33,239 bases of DNA from Candidatus Iainarchaeum sp. Lineage in GTDB: Archaea > B1Sed10-29 > WALL01. The number at the start of each line of letters is the position of its first letter. Within the stretch, counting starts at the first letter, position 1. The stretch lies in contig JAFGGZ010000035.1 of the NCBI GenBank assembly GCA_016939415.1, positions 1-33,239 of the forward strand. The letters are read 5' to 3'. The position numbers and the translations under genes are program-made. The notes beneath the pieces were generated by a model that was given only the letters and a program-made list of their open reading frames with translations, searched no databases and was not told where the DNA came from. Of this stretch, positions 1 through 11,574 are shown in pieces.

Positions 1-232
1 CATGAGCCACCTCCGCAGACTCATCTCCCCACTATCGAAAGTGCACCCCCACTTCGAAGCAAGGGACCTCCACCCCACCCACTACGGAAAAGTCTGCCCC
101 AATGAAACCCCAGAAGGACAGAGCTGCGGCCTCGTCAAAAACTTTGCCATAGGAACCATCGTCACCTCAGGCATCGACGAAGAGCGCGTGGAAAAAGACC
201 TCCAACAAATGGGAGTGATCCTGAAGAAGTAG
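1..232 (+). CDS. rpoB2: DNA-directed RNA polymerase subunit B'' (Rpo2N), C-terminal part; 5' end outside window
   Basis: SHLRR..SPL...HFEARDLHPTHYGKVCPNETPEGQSCGLVKN is a conserved beta/Rpb2 block. TAG stop at 230-232, followed by GGTGA SD and a new start. Confidence 0.95.
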   Translation, partial: MSHLRRLISPLSKVHPHFEARDLHPTHYGKVCPNETPEGQSCGLVKNFAIGTIVTSGIDEERVEKDLQQMGVILKK

Positions 233-242
233 GTGACAGAAC

Positions 243-2057
243 ATGGAAGGCGCCAGCGTTTACCTCAACGGAAAACTCATCGGATTCCACAACAAGCCCA
301 CGGAACTCGTCGAAAACCTGCGCAGAAAGAGACGCGCAGGAGCATTGCCGCACGAACTCAACGCCGCATACTACGCGGAAAACGACGAGGTCTACATCAA
401 CACGGATGCGGGCAGGGCACGACGCCCGCTCCTCGTCCTCGAAAACGGCAAGCTCAAACTCACGCAAAAGCACATCGAAGAACTTAAGGCAGACAAGATC
501 GGGTGGAAGGACCTGCTGAACGAAGGCGTCGTCGAGTACCTGGACTCCGAAGAAGAAGAGAACGCGTACATCGCAGTGAGAGAAGAGGACGCCACACCAG
601 AGCACACCCACGTCGAAGTGCACCCCTCGCTCATGCTGGGCGTCGTCGCGGCATGCGCGCCATTCCCAGACCACAACTCATCCCCGAGAGTAACGATGGC
701 AAGCGCGATGCTCAAACAGGCCCTCGGAGTATACCAGAGCAACTACGCACTCCGTATGGACACCCAAAGCCATGTCATGCACTACCCTCAGAAGCCACTG
801 GCGAGAACGAAGCACGCGGAGATCATCGGCTCCAACGACAGGCCAGCAGGTCAGAACATCGTGCTCGCAATCATGCCGTTCGGCGGCTATAACATGGAAG
901 ACGCGCTCATACTGAACAAAGCAAGCGTGGAGCGCGGCCTCGGCAGGACCACATTCTACAGGACGTACACAGCAGAAGAGCGCCGGTACCCCGGAGGACA
1001 GAAAGACAGATTCGAACTGCCAAAGCCGGAGATACAAGGCTACCGCGGAGACGAAGCGTACCGGTTCCTCGGAGAGGACGGGATCATCCTGCCCGAATGC
1101 AAGGTCGATGGAGGAGACGTGCTCATAGGGAAGACCTCCCCGCCAAGATTCCTGGAAGAAGTCGGGGAACTATCCATGATAGAGGAGAAGCGCCGCGAAA
1201 ACTCCGTGACACTAAGACCAAGCGAGGCAGGCGACGTCGACGCAGTCATAGTGACAGAAGCCACGACAGGAAACAAGCTCGTGAAAGTCCGTGTGCGCTC
1301 ACTCAAGATACCGGAGATAGGAGACAAGTTCGCGAGCAGGCACGGACAGAAAGGCGTTGTGGGAATGATCGTCCCGCAGCACGACATGCCCTTCACGGAA
1401 AATGGCATAACACCGGACATCATCATGAACCCCCACGCAGTGCCATCGCGTATGACAGTCGGCCACGTGCTCGAAGTCCTCGGCAGCAAGGCTGTCAGCC
1501 TTGAAGGAGAGGACTTCCTGAACGCAACAGCATTCGACAGACTGGATTACGGCGGCTTGAAAAAGATGCTGTTAAAGCACGGTTTCAGGCACGACGGCAA
1601 GGAAGTCCTGTACAACGGCGTGACAGGAGAAAAGATCGAGGCGGAGATATTCATAGGAGTGTGCTACTACCAGAGACTGAAGCACCTAGTCTCGAACAAG
1701 ATACACGCACGCAGCCGCGGCCCGGTCCAGATACTGACCAGGCAGCCGACAGAAGGCCGCGCGAGAGAGGGTGGCCTCAGGTTCGGTGAGATGGAACGCG
1801 ACACGCTGATAGGCCACGGCACAAGCATGCTCCTGCTCGAGAGATTGCTGAAAGAGTCCGACATCGTGACAGAACTCATTTGCGAGAAGTGCGGCACCAT
1901 CGCAGTGGACGACCAGATACGGAAAAAACAGTATTGCCCCATCTGCGAGAGCACAAACGTGAAACCAATAGAGATGTCGTACGCATTCAAACTACTGCTA
2001 AACGAACTCAAGGCACTGAACATAAGACCAAAAGTGGTGCTTGAGGACAAGGCCTGA
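243..2057 (+). CDS. rpoB1: DNA-directed RNA polymerase subunit B' (Rpo2C)
   Basis: GDKFASRHGQKG, PDIIMNPHAVPSRMT, RQPTEGRAREGGLRFGEMERD and C-terminal Zn ribbon CEKC..CPIC. Confidence 0.98.
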   Translation: MEGASVYLNGKLIGFHNKPTELVENLRRKRRAGALPHELNAAYYAENDEVYINTDAGRARRPLLVLENGKLKLTQKHIEELKADKIGWKDLLNEGVVEYLDSEEEENAYIAVREEDATPEHTHVEVHPSLMLGVVAACAPFPDHNSSPRVTMASAMLKQALGVYQSNYALRMDTQSHVMHYPQKPLARTKHAEIIGSNDRPAGQNIVLAIMPFGGYNMEDALILNKASVERGLGRTTFYRTYTAEERRYPGGQKDRFELPKPEIQGYRGDEAYRFLGEDGIILPECKVDGGDVLIGKTSPPRFLEEVGELSMIEEKRRENSVTLRPSEAGDVDAVIVTEATTGNKLVKVRVRSLKIPEIGDKFASRHGQKGVVGMIVPQHDMPFTENGITPDIIMNPHAVPSRMTVGHVLEVLGSKAVSLEGEDFLNATAFDRLDYGGLKKMLLKHGFRHDGKEVLYNGVTGEKIEAEIFIGVCYYQRLKHLVSNKIHARSRGPVQILTRQPTEGRAREGGLRFGEMERDTLIGHGTSMLLLERLLKESDIVTELICEKCGTIAVDDQIRKKQYCPICESTNVKPIEMSYAFKLLLNELKALNIRPKVVLEDKA

Positions 2058-2070
2058 GGGTGATGAAAAA

Positions 2071-4743
2071 ATGATGGGAAAACCGCAAGTGACCAAAAAG
2101 GTTAAGTGCGTCGAGTTTGGCATCCTGAGCCCCGACATCGCGAGGAAGATGAGCCAAATTCGCGTGGTTACTCCAGACACGTACGACGAAGACGGCTATC
2201 CGATCGAAGGCGGACTGATGGACCTGCACCTCGGAGTCATTGACCCCGGCCTCAGGTGCAAGGCATGCGGCGGCAGGATGGCAACATGCCCCGGCCACTT
2301 CGGCCACATAGAACTCGTCAGGCCGGTCATCCACGTCGGCTACGTCAAAATGATTTACACGCTCCTTAAGACAACATGCAGGAGCTGCGGAAGACTCCTC
2401 CTCACGCCGGAAAAGCTGGAGCAGTACAGAACCCTGCTCATGGAGGCGGAAAGCACGGAAGAGGAAGAAGACCAGAGCCTCGAAATCATAGAAAAGAGCA
2501 AGAAAGCCAGCGAGTGCCCTCACTGCAAAGCCAAACAATCCCAGATCAAGCTCATCAAACCAACCACGTTCTACGAGAAAGAGCAGAGACTCCTTCCCTC
2601 AGACATACGCAGGAGAATGGAACTCATCGCAGACGACGACCTCAAACTCATGGGAGTGGACGCTGATAACGCCAGGCCTGAGTGGTGCATACTAACCGCC
2701 CTGCCCGTCCCTCCAGTCACCACGAGACCATCCATCACGCTTGAGACAGGCGAACGCAGCGAAGACGACCTAACGCACAAGCTCGTTGATATACTGAGAA
2801 TAAACCAGCGCCTCCGCGACAACATCAGCGCAGGAGCGCCGCAACTCATCATAGAAGACTTGTGGGACCTCCTGCAGTACCACGTCACGACATACTTCAA
2901 CAACGAAGTCAGCGGCATACCTCCAGCAAGACACCGCAGCGGCAGACCGCTCAAAACGCTGGCCCAGCGCCTCAAAGGCAAAGAAGGCAGGTTCAGGTAC
3001 AACCTCTCAGGAAAGCGCGTGAACTTCTCAGCGAGGACCGTGATCTCACCAGACCCCAACCTCAGCATAAACGAAGTCGGCGTGCCATACGAGATTGCTG
3101 AAGAACTCACAGTGCCGGAAGCAGTCACCGAGTGGAATCTCGACTACCTGAAGAAGTTCGCGGAGACGGATAAGTACCCGAAAGCGAACTACGTCATAAA
3201 ACCGGACGGGAGGAGGAAGAAAGTCACCGAGATAAACAGGGCGGATGTCCTCGAAGAGCTCGCTCCCGGATATACAGTGGAGCGCCAGCTCATGGACGGC
3301 GACATAGTCCTGTTCAACAGGCAGCCATCACTGCACAGGATCTCGATGATGTGCCACAGGGTGAAAGTCCTCCCCGGAAAGACCTTCAGGCTGCATCCCG
3401 CGGTCTGCAAGCCCTACAACGCAGACTTCGACGGTGACGAGATGAACCTGCACGTCCCGCAGACAGAAGAAGCGAGGGCAGAAGCCCTAAGTCTCATGCT
3501 CGTCCAGGACCAGGTAATCTCCCCGCGCTTCGGGGCGCCCATCATAAAGGGGGATGAAGACATCATCACCGGCGGTTACTTGATGACGCAGAGGAACGTG
3601 AAGTTCTCAAAGAACGACGCCGAGCGGATCCTGATGAAGGCAGGCATAACAGACATCCCAGAGCCAGACCTGCCGGACAATCAATACTCCGGCAAGCTGC
3701 TTTTCTCGCAGTGCCTCCCGAAGAGACTGAGCATAGAATACAAAGCAGAAGTGTGCAGGAAGTGCCCTGAGTGCAAGAAGGAAAAGTGCGAGTACGACGC
3801 GTACGTAAAGATAAAGAGCGGCCGGATAATCACGGGCGTCATGGATAAAGTGGGCTTCCAGGGCACGCTTCTCAATGATATTACGAGAAAGTTCGGCACA
3901 GACGAGTCGAGAAGGTTTATAGACCAGAGCACTGCCCTCGTGCTGGCAGCGCTCATGGACCGCGGCTTCACCGTATCGCTCGCGGACATGGAGATACCTA
4001 AAGACGCCCAAACAGAGATTGCTGCAGTTCTCAAGGACGCTAAGGAGCAGACGAACGCATTCATACGGAAGTACCATGCCGGTGAACTGAAGCGCATCCC
4101 GGGAAAGACCCTGGAAGGAACGCTGGAAGACAACATCATGGCAATACTCGGAAAAGCCAGGTACAACGCAGGAAACATAGCGGCGAAGTACTTGGGGATC
4201 GACAACTCATCAATGATAATGAGCCGCGTTGGCGCGAGGGGCTCGCTGCTCAACGTGACGCAGATGAGCGCGGTCGTCGGACAGCAAGCAGTGCGTGGCG
4301 GCAGAATCCTCAGGGGCTACAAGAGCAAGACCCTGCCGCACTTCAAGGAAGGCGAGATAGGCATGGAAGCGAGGGGTTTCGTCAACTCGTCATTCTACGA
4401 CGGCCTCACGCCAATCGAGTATTTCTTCCACGCCATGGGTGGCAGGGAAGGCCTCGTCGACAAAGGAATCAGGACCGCGAAGTCGGGTTACATGCAGCGC
4501 AAGCTCATCAACGCGCTGCAAGACCTCGTCCTCAGGAGTGATGGCACAGTCAGGGACGCAAGCGACACAGTCGTGCAGTTCACTTACGGAGAGGACGGAG
4601 CAGACCCGATGAAGTGCCACGGAGATGACTCCGTGAAACTGCGGGAAGAGTCGTACATCGAAGAGCGACGCGAAGAAGAAGGCAGCGAGGGCGAAGAAGA
4701 AGTTGAGTATGAGACCGGCGAGGAAGATATGGGGTTTGACTGA
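2071..4743 (+). CDS. rpoA1: DNA-directed RNA polymerase subunit A' (Rpo1N)
   Basis: Catalytic YNADFDGDEMN, Zn motif CKAC..CPGHFGH, GKRVNFSAR. Start moved to ATG 2071 behind the GAGGGTGAT SD. Confidence 0.98.
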   Translation: MMGKPQVTKKVKCVEFGILSPDIARKMSQIRVVTPDTYDEDGYPIEGGLMDLHLGVIDPGLRCKACGGRMATCPGHFGHIELVRPVIHVGYVKMIYTLLKTTCRSCGRLLLTPEKLEQYRTLLMEAESTEEEEDQSLEIIEKSKKASECPHCKAKQSQIKLIKPTTFYEKEQRLLPSDIRRRMELIADDDLKLMGVDADNARPEWCILTALPVPPVTTRPSITLETGERSEDDLTHKLVDILRINQRLRDNISAGAPQLIIEDLWDLLQYHVTTYFNNEVSGIPPARHRSGRPLKTLAQRLKGKEGRFRYNLSGKRVNFSARTVISPDPNLSINEVGVPYEIAEELTVPEAVTEWNLDYLKKFAETDKYPKANYVIKPDGRRKKVTEINRADVLEELAPGYTVERQLMDGDIVLFNRQPSLHRISMMCHRVKVLPGKTFRLHPAVCKPYNADFDGDEMNLHVPQTEEARAEALSLMLVQDQVISPRFGAPIIKGDEDIITGGYLMTQRNVKFSKNDAERILMKAGITDIPEPDLPDNQYSGKLLFSQCLPKRLSIEYKAEVCRKCPECKKEKCEYDAYVKIKSGRIITGVMDKVGFQGTLLNDITRKFGTDESRRFIDQSTALVLAALMDRGFTVSLADMEIPKDAQTEIAAVLKDAKEQTNAFIRKYHAGELKRIPGKTLEGTLEDNIMAILGKARYNAGNIAAKYLGIDNSSMIMSRVGARGSLLNVTQMSAVVGQQAVRGGRILRGYKSKTLPHFKEGEIGMEARGFVNSSFYDGLTPIEYFFHAMGGREGLVDKGIRTAKSGYMQRKLINALQDLVLRSDGTVRDASDTVVQFTYGEDGADPMKCHGDDSVKLREESYIEERREEEGSEGEEEVEYETGEEDMGFD

Positions 4744-5883
<1,140 letters not shown>

Positions 5884-5887
5884 CAAA

Positions 5888-6187
5888 ATGGAAGCAGTTG
5901 ACGTGATCAAGAGGATCATGGAGACGGGAAGAGTCACGATGGGGACGCGCAGCGTCCTGAAACAGATAGCCGCTGCCAAGCCCAAACTCATCGTGGTAAG
6001 CAGTAACTGCCCGAAGAAAACATGCGACGGCATAAGGGAGAAAGCGCAGAAGACCAAAGTCCGCGTGTACACGTACCCAGGCACTGCATACGAGCTAGGC
6101 GAAGCCTGCAGAAAGCCGTTCCCGATAAGTGCTATGGCCGTGCTGGATCCGGGCCAAGCAGACCTAACCGCGCTCAAGAAGGAATGA
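5888..6187 (+). CDS. rpl30e: 50S ribosomal protein L30e
   Basis: L7Ae-fold motif ELGEACRKPF; canonical position between rpoA'' and nusA. Confidence 0.93.
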   Translation: MEAVDVIKRIMETGRVTMGTRSVLKQIAAAKPKLIVVSSNCPKKTCDGIREKAQKTKVRVYTYPGTAYELGEACRKPFPISAMAVLDPGQADLTALKKE

Positions 6188-6597
6188 CAATGAAGCTTGG
6201 AATGGAAGAACTTGCGTACATCAAGGTCGTGGAGAACATGACCAAAGCGCGGGTAAAGGACTGCGTCGTAAGCGACGGAGAACTCATCATAGTCGTCCAG
6301 GAAGGGGATATGGGGCTTGCCATCGGCAGGAACGGAGACCACATAAACCAGGTCAGGGAGAAGATAGGGAAGAAGATATCCATCATCGAGTTCAGCCCGG
6401 ACATGGAAAAATTCACGAGAAACCTGTTCAACCCCGCCGTCCTGACAAAGATAAGCATGGAAGATGGCGTCCTGACCCTGAAGGCGAAGGACGAGAAAAG
6501 GATCATAGGAAAGAACGGGAAGCGCATAAACCGCGCGAAGGAATTGCTGAACCGACACTTCGGCGTAAAAGATATAATCATTGAGTCAGGTGAATGA
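6184..6597 (+). CDS. nusA: Archaeal NusA (two KH domains)
   Basis: KH GxxG loops MGLAIGRNG and [12 protein letters not shown] 6184 overlaps the L30e TGA (ATGA). Canonical synteny. Confidence 0.93.
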   Translation: MTMKLGMEELAYIKVVENMTKARVKDCVVSDGELIIVVQEGDMGLAIGRNGDHINQVREKIGKKISIIEFSPDMEKFTRNLFNPAVLTKISMEDGVLTLKAKDEKRIIGKNGKRINRAKELLNRHFGVKDIIIESGE

Positions 6598-6598
6598 G

Positions 6599-7024
6599 AT
6601 GCCAGGCGAACATTCCGCACGAAAACTTAAGTCAAACCGCCAGAAGCAGAAGTGGAAATCCATTGACTACAAGCGGAAGAAACTCCGACTGAAGAAGAAG
6701 CACGACCCACTGAAGGGATCCCCACAAGCAAAAGGCATAGTGCTCCAGAAAGTGGCGATGGAAGCCAAGCAGCCGAACTCCGGCCTCAGGAAATGCGTCA
6801 GAGTGCAACTCATAAAGAACGGCATCCAGATAACGGCGTTCGCCCCCTACGACGGCGCGATCAACTTCATAGACGAACACGATGAAGTCGTGGTCGAAAA
6901 ACTCCGCGGCTCCAAGCGTGGAACGCTCGGAGACCTGCCGGGAGTCAGGTGGAAAGTCATAAAAGTCAACAACGTCCCCCTCGAGATGATGAGGAGAGGT
7001 AAGAGAGAGAAGCCTAGCAGGTGA
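6599..7024 (+). CDS. rps12: 30S ribosomal protein S12 (uS12)
   Basis: [21 protein letters not shown] and [13 protein letters not shown] 6599 follows AGGTGA SD. Confidence 0.97.
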   Translation: MPGEHSARKLKSNRQKQKWKSIDYKRKKLRLKKKHDPLKGSPQAKGIVLQKVAMEAKQPNSGLRKCVRVQLIKNGIQITAFAPYDGAINFIDEHDEVVVEKLRGSKRGTLGDLPGVRWKVIKVNNVPLEMMRRGKREKPSR

Positions 7025-7029
7025 TTCAG

Positions 7030-7617
7030 ATGAGAGTTTTAGGCAAGTGGGAAACTGATGGCGTGGAAGTGCGAGACCCAGGGCTGGTCAAGTACATAAC
7101 GCTGGGTGGCAGCACGCACACGCACGGCAAGCACAGGAAACAGTTCGCGAAGAGCAGGATAAGCATAGTTGAGAGAATGATCAACACAATCATGCGCTCA
7201 GGGTCTGGAAAGAAAATCGAGGGCCACCTCATTGACGGAAGAGGAGGCTGCGGAAAGAAGATGCAGGCCAGGAAAACCATCATGGAGGCATTCGACCTGA
7301 TCCACAAAAAGACAGGCGAAAACCCCATGCAGGTCCTCATAAAAGCCATTGAGAACGCCGCGCCCCGCGAAGAAACAACGCGCGTGCGCATGGGCGGCAT
7401 GAGCAAGCACATCGCAGTGGACATATCACCCCAGAGACGCGTCAACCTCGCGCTGTCAACCATAGGCGTCGCAGCATTAGGCAAAACGTACAAAACAAAG
7501 AAGAGCAGGGCGCAAGTCCTCGCCGACGAGCTAGTGGCCGCTGCGAACAATGACAACGCAAGCATGGCAGTCTCAAAGAAGATTGAGATAGAACGCATCG
7601 CCAAAGGAGCTAGGTAG
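7030..7617 (+). CDS. rps7: 30S ribosomal protein S7 (uS7)
   Basis: NPMQVLIKAIENAAPREET, AVDISPQRRV, KKIEIERIA. ATG 7030 follows AGGTGA SD (GTG 7021 possible). Confidence 0.96.
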   Translation: MRVLGKWETDGVEVRDPGLVKYITLGGSTHTHGKHRKQFAKSRISIVERMINTIMRSGSGKKIEGHLIDGRGGCGKKMQARKTIMEAFDLIHKKTGENPMQVLIKAIENAAPREETTRVRMGGMSKHIAVDISPQRRVNLALSTIGVAALGKTYKTKKSRAQVLADELVAAANNDNASMAVSKKIEIERIAKGAR

Positions 7618-7618
7618 G

Positions 7619-9814
7619 ATGGGACGAAGAGAAGAGATGGTCGAGAAAGTAACCACTCTCATGGACCAGCAGGAACAGATAAGGAACATAGGAATAATCG
7701 CCCACATAGACCACGGTAAGACAACGCTGACAGACAACTTCGTGAGCGGTGCGGGCCTGCTGTCAGAAGACCTGTCCGGAAAAGCGTGCGTCATGGACTT
7801 CCACGCCGACGAGCAGGAACGCGGCATCACAATCAACACGGCGAACATCTCTCTCGTGTACAAGAAGGAGAACAAGGATTACCTCGTCAACATCATTGAC
7901 ACGCCCGGGCACGTCGACTTCTCTGGTGAAGTCACGCGCGCCATGCGCGCAGTCGACGGCGCGATCGTCGTGGTGTGCGCAGTCGAAGGCGCCATGCCTC
8001 AAACCGAAACAGTGCTGAGGCAGGCCCTAAGGGAGCGCGTGAGACCAGTGCTCTTCATAAACAAGGTCGACCGCCTCATCAACGAGCTGCAAGTCACTCC
8101 AGAAGACATGCAGAAGAGATTCGCCAAGATCATCGGCAAGTTTAACGACACAGTCCAGAAGATGGCGCCGCCAGAGTTCAAAGAAAGCTGGCAGGTAAAG
8201 CCGGAAGACGGTACTGTCGCATTTGGCTCCGCTTACCACAACTGGGGGATAACAGTTCCGTACATGAAGAAGACAGGCATGAGCTTCAAAGACATCTTCG
8301 ACCACTGCAAAGAAGAGAAGCAGAAAGAGCTCAGCAAGAGACTCGTGCTCTACGACGCCATAATCGAGATGGTGATAGCGCACCTGCCGAACCCAGTCAA
8401 GGCACAGCAATACAGGATCCCGGTCATCTGGCACGGGGATCAAGCCAGCGAAACAGGGAAAGCAATGGTCAGCTGCAACCGAGAAGGCCCGCTTTCGCTT
8501 ATGGTCACGAACATATGCATTGACCCGCACGCAGGACCCGTGTCAACGTGCCGGGTCTTCTCAGGCACAGTGAGGAAAGGCCTGAAGCTCAGGCTATCGA
8601 ATGCGTCAGTGGAGAACACGGTCCAAAGCGTCGGCCTGTACATGGGCGCAGAAAGACTGAACGTGGAGCGCGTTTACTCCGGGAACATAGTCGCGTTGAC
8701 AGGACTCAGAGACGCCTACGCAGGAGAAACCGTTTCGGAACAGGGCGTAGACCCATTCGAAGCGATGAAGCACTTCTCAGAGCCGGTCATAACAAAGAGC
8801 ATAGAAGCAAAGAACACGTCAGACCTGCCCAAACTCGTTGAGATACTCCGCCAGGTAGCAAAAGAAGACCCCATGATCCGCGTGGAGATCAACGAAGAGA
8901 CCGGCGAGCACCTGATCTCGGGCATGGGCGAGCTTCACCTTGAGATAATCGAGAACCGCATAAAGACGGAGCGACACCTCGAAGTCGAGACATCGCCCCC
9001 GATCATTGTGTACAGGGAAACCGTGACAATGACCAGCCCGCAAGTCGAGGGCAAGTCCCCGAACAGGCACAACCGGTTCTACTTCACTGTAGAACCTTTG
9101 CCTGAAGCTGTTTTCAAAGCCCTTGCCGAAGGGGAGATAACCGAGAAGGACATGAAGCAGCCGAAGGAACTGCAGCAGAAACTCGTTGATTTGGGCATGG
9201 ATCGTGAGGAGACGAAGAAAGTGTGGGGCATCCACAACAAAAACCTTCTCCTCGACAACACTAAGGGCGTGCAGTACCTGAACGAGACAAAAGAACTCAT
9301 CGTCCAAGGATTCAAGGAAGCAATAGACAAGGGACCGCTCGCGAACGAGAAAGTGCTGAAAGTGCTTGTCAGGCTGCACGACGCAAAACTCCACGAAGAC
9401 GCGGTCCACAGAGGCCCTTCACAAGTCCTGCCGGCAATCCGCAAGCCAATATACGCGGCAATGCTCTCGGCAGCACCAACACTCATGGAGCCTTACCAGA
9501 AAGTGTTCATAACTGTGCCCCAAGACCTCATGGGATCAGTTACTAGGAACATCCAGGGAAGGCGCGGACGCATCGGCACGATGGAGCAAGACGACGAGAA
9601 CATCATCGTCGAGGGATTGACTCCGCTCGCAGAGATGTTCGGCTTCGCCGGTGACATCCGGTCCGCGACAGGAGGAAAAGCCATTTGGAGCACTGAGTAC
9701 GCAGGCTACGAACGCATGCCCAGCGAGCTCCAGCCCCGCATCGTGAAACAGATTCGCGAGAGGAAGGGGCTCAAGGCAGAGGTTCCTCAACCCAAGGACT
9801 TCATGGAACCATAA
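7619..9814 (+). CDS. fusA: Elongation factor aEF-2
   Basis: AHIDHGKTT, RGITI, DTPGH, NKVD, and intact diphthamide loop HEDAVHRGP. Confidence 0.98.
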   Translation: MGRREEMVEKVTTLMDQQEQIRNIGIIAHIDHGKTTLTDNFVSGAGLLSEDLSGKACVMDFHADEQERGITINTANISLVYKKENKDYLVNIIDTPGHVDFSGEVTRAMRAVDGAIVVVCAVEGAMPQTETVLRQALRERVRPVLFINKVDRLINELQVTPEDMQKRFAKIIGKFNDTVQKMAPPEFKESWQVKPEDGTVAFGSAYHNWGITVPYMKKTGMSFKDIFDHCKEEKQKELSKRLVLYDAIIEMVIAHLPNPVKAQQYRIPVIWHGDQASETGKAMVSCNREGPLSLMVTNICIDPHAGPVSTCRVFSGTVRKGLKLRLSNASVENTVQSVGLYMGAERLNVERVYSGNIVALTGLRDAYAGETVSEQGVDPFEAMKHFSEPVITKSIEAKNTSDLPKLVEILRQVAKEDPMIRVEINEETGEHLISGMGELHLEIIENRIKTERHLEVETSPPIIVYRETVTMTSPQVEGKSPNRHNRFYFTVEPLPEAVFKALAEGEITEKDMKQPKELQQKLVDLGMDREETKKVWGIHNKNLLLDNTKGVQYLNETKELIVQGFKEAIDKGPLANEKVLKVLVRLHDAKLHEDAVHRGPSQVLPAIRKPIYAAMLSAAPTLMEPYQKVFITVPQDLMGSVTRNIQGRRGRIGTMEQDDENIIVEGLTPLAEMFGFAGDIRSATGGKAIWSTEYAGYERMPSELQPRIVKQIRERKGLKAEVPQPKDFMEP

Positions 9815-9815
9815 G

Positions 9816-9853
9816 TAATATTAAAAAAACGTTTACAAAATGAAACTGGAGGA
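9816..9853 (+). promoter_or_regulatory. Putative internal promoter (AT-rich, TATA-like) plus GGAGG SD for tuf
   Basis: AT-rich gap TAATATTAAAAAAA directly after the EF-2 stop; GGAGGA a few nt before ATG 9860. Confidence 0.45.
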
Positions 9854-9859
9854 CTTTGT

Positions 9860-11149
9860 ATGGCAGACAAACCACACCTGAACCTCGTGTTTATCGGCCA
9901 CGTCGACCACGGCAAGTCCACTATGGTCGGCCGCATCCTGTACAACACAGGAGCAGTGGATGAGAACACTATGAGGAAGCTTAAAGAGGAGGCAGCCAAG
10001 GTAGGGAAAGCTACCTTCGAGTACGCCTTCGTGATGGACAACCTGAAAGAAGAAAGGGAGCGCGGCGTCACCATAGACCTGGCGCACAAGGAATTCAACA
10101 CCCAGAAGTACTACTTCACGATAATCGACGCGCCCGGACACAGGGACTTCGTCAAGAACATGATCACCGGCGCATCGCAAGCAGACGCCGCAGTCATTGT
10201 TTGCGACGTCGCTTCAGGCGTCCAACCCCAAACCAAGGAACACGCATTCTTGGCGAGGACGCTCGGCATTAAGCAAGTGATCGTTGCGATCAACAAGATG
10301 GACTCTGTGAAATACGACCAGGGTAAATTCAACGAGACTAAGGGACAGATCGAGACCCTGCTCAAGACCATCGGCTACAACCCGGCGGACATCCCGTTCA
10401 TCCCAACCTCTGCTTACGGAAGCGAGAAGACGAGGGCGAAGGGAGACAACGTGACTGAGAAGAGTTCCGAAACACCGTGGTACACCGGACCAACGATACT
10501 CGACGCGCTCAACGCGCTCAAGGTCCCTGAGAAACCCGTGGACAAGGCACTCAGACTGCCCGTCCAGGACGTGTACACCATCACAGGAATTGGAACCGTG
10601 CCAGTGGGACGCGTTGAAACAGGTATCCTGAAGATCGGACAGCAAGTCATCGTAATGCCTTCCGGATCCAAAGGAGAAGTGAAGACCATTGAAATGCACC
10701 ACCAGCAGCTCCAGCAGGCCGAACCCGGAGACAACGTCGGATTCAACGTGCGCGGCCTAGGAAAGAACGACGTGAAGCGCGGTGACGTGATCGGTCCTGT
10801 GGACAGCCCGCCAACAGTGGCGAAGGAGTTCACGGCACAGATCGTCATCCTGCAGCACCCCAGCGCCATCACCGCAGGGTACACGCCAGTGTTCCACTGC
10901 CACACAGCGCAGACTGCGTGCACGGTAGTCGAGCTGCAGAAGAAGCTTGATCCCAAGACGGGCGGCGTCGCTGAAGAGAACCCCAAGTTCCTGAAGACAG
11001 GTGACGTGGCTATTGTCAAGATAATGCCCACGAAGCCCTTGTGCATCGAGAGCGCGAAGCAGTTCCCGCAGATGGGCCGCTTTGCGGTAAGGGATATGGG
11101 TATGACAGTGGCTGCAGGCGTTGTCTTGGAAGTCACGCCAAAGACGTGA
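9860..11149 (+). CDS. tuf: Elongation factor aEF-1alpha
   Basis: [38 protein letters not shown]. Short GVQP form, i.e. no 11-aa eocyte insertion. Confidence 0.98.
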   Translation: MADKPHLNLVFIGHVDHGKSTMVGRILYNTGAVDENTMRKLKEEAAKVGKATFEYAFVMDNLKEERERGVTIDLAHKEFNTQKYYFTIIDAPGHRDFVKNMITGASQADAAVIVCDVASGVQPQTKEHAFLARTLGIKQVIVAINKMDSVKYDQGKFNETKGQIETLLKTIGYNPADIPFIPTSAYGSEKTRAKGDNVTEKSSETPWYTGPTILDALNALKVPEKPVDKALRLPVQDVYTITGIGTVPVGRVETGILKIGQQVIVMPSGSKGEVKTIEMHHQQLQQAEPGDNVGFNVRGLGKNDVKRGDVIGPVDSPPTVAKEFTAQIVILQHPSAITAGYTPVFHCHTAQTACTVVELQKKLDPKTGGVAEENPKFLKTGDVAIVKIMPTKPLCIESAKQFPQMGRFAVRDMGMTVAAGVVLEVTPKT

Positions 11150-11187
11150 AGGGAGCAATTCCCTTCACCCAAACCCCCTTTATTTTT
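11146..11187 (+). terminator. Perfect 9-bp hairpin over the tuf stop, followed by a pyrimidine/T tract
   Basis: GTGAAGGGA-gcaat-TCCCTTCAC (11146-11168), then CCCCCTTTATTTTT. Confidence 0.55.
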
Positions 11188-11199
11188 GAGTGATTTGAA

Positions 11200-11508
11200 A
11201 TGCAGGTTGCAACAGTAAAGCTGACAGGTCCGGACTACAAGAAGCTGGACGACGTGTGCGCGCAGATAAAGGATATCTGCAAGAGAACCGGCGCCAAGGT
11301 TAGCGGGCCGATTCCGCTACCAACCAAAAAACTGAAGATTCCGACCCGGAGAAGTCCTTGCGGGGATGGGTCTGAGACCTTCGAGCAATGGGAAATGCGC
11401 ATCCACAAAAGGCTCTTGAACATAGAGACAGACGAGCGCACTCTGCGCCAGGTCATGCGCGTTCAAGTGCCGGACCAAGTCAGCATTGAGATCGAGCTCA
11501 AGGAATGA
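11200..11508 (+). CDS. rps10: 30S ribosomal protein S10 (uS10)
   Basis: GPIPLPTK, RRSPCGDGSETFEQWEMRIHKRL. Confidence 0.97.
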   Translation: MQVATVKLTGPDYKKLDDVCAQIKDICKRTGAKVSGPIPLPTKKLKIPTRRSPCGDGSETFEQWEMRIHKRLLNIETDERTLRQVMRVQVPDQVSIEIELKE

Positions 11509-11574
11509 ACTTGATCTTTAGAGGTAAAGAGCAGAAGCTCCTCTTTCTGCTAATCGGTAGCCCACCCAGCCATC

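Noticed and set aside
225-245. Possible TAG read-through or frameshift joining rpoB'' and rpoB'
   Set aside because: The two ORFs are in different frames, B' has its own SD and ATG, and the break is at the known B''/B' split.
9391-9420. Diphthamide-less EF-2 paralogue
   Set aside because: The HRG motif is intact and the gene is in the canonical str position.
9840-9881. 13-codon uORF overlapping the tuf start
   Set aside because: No SD of its own and probably upstream of the internal TSS; expected by chance.
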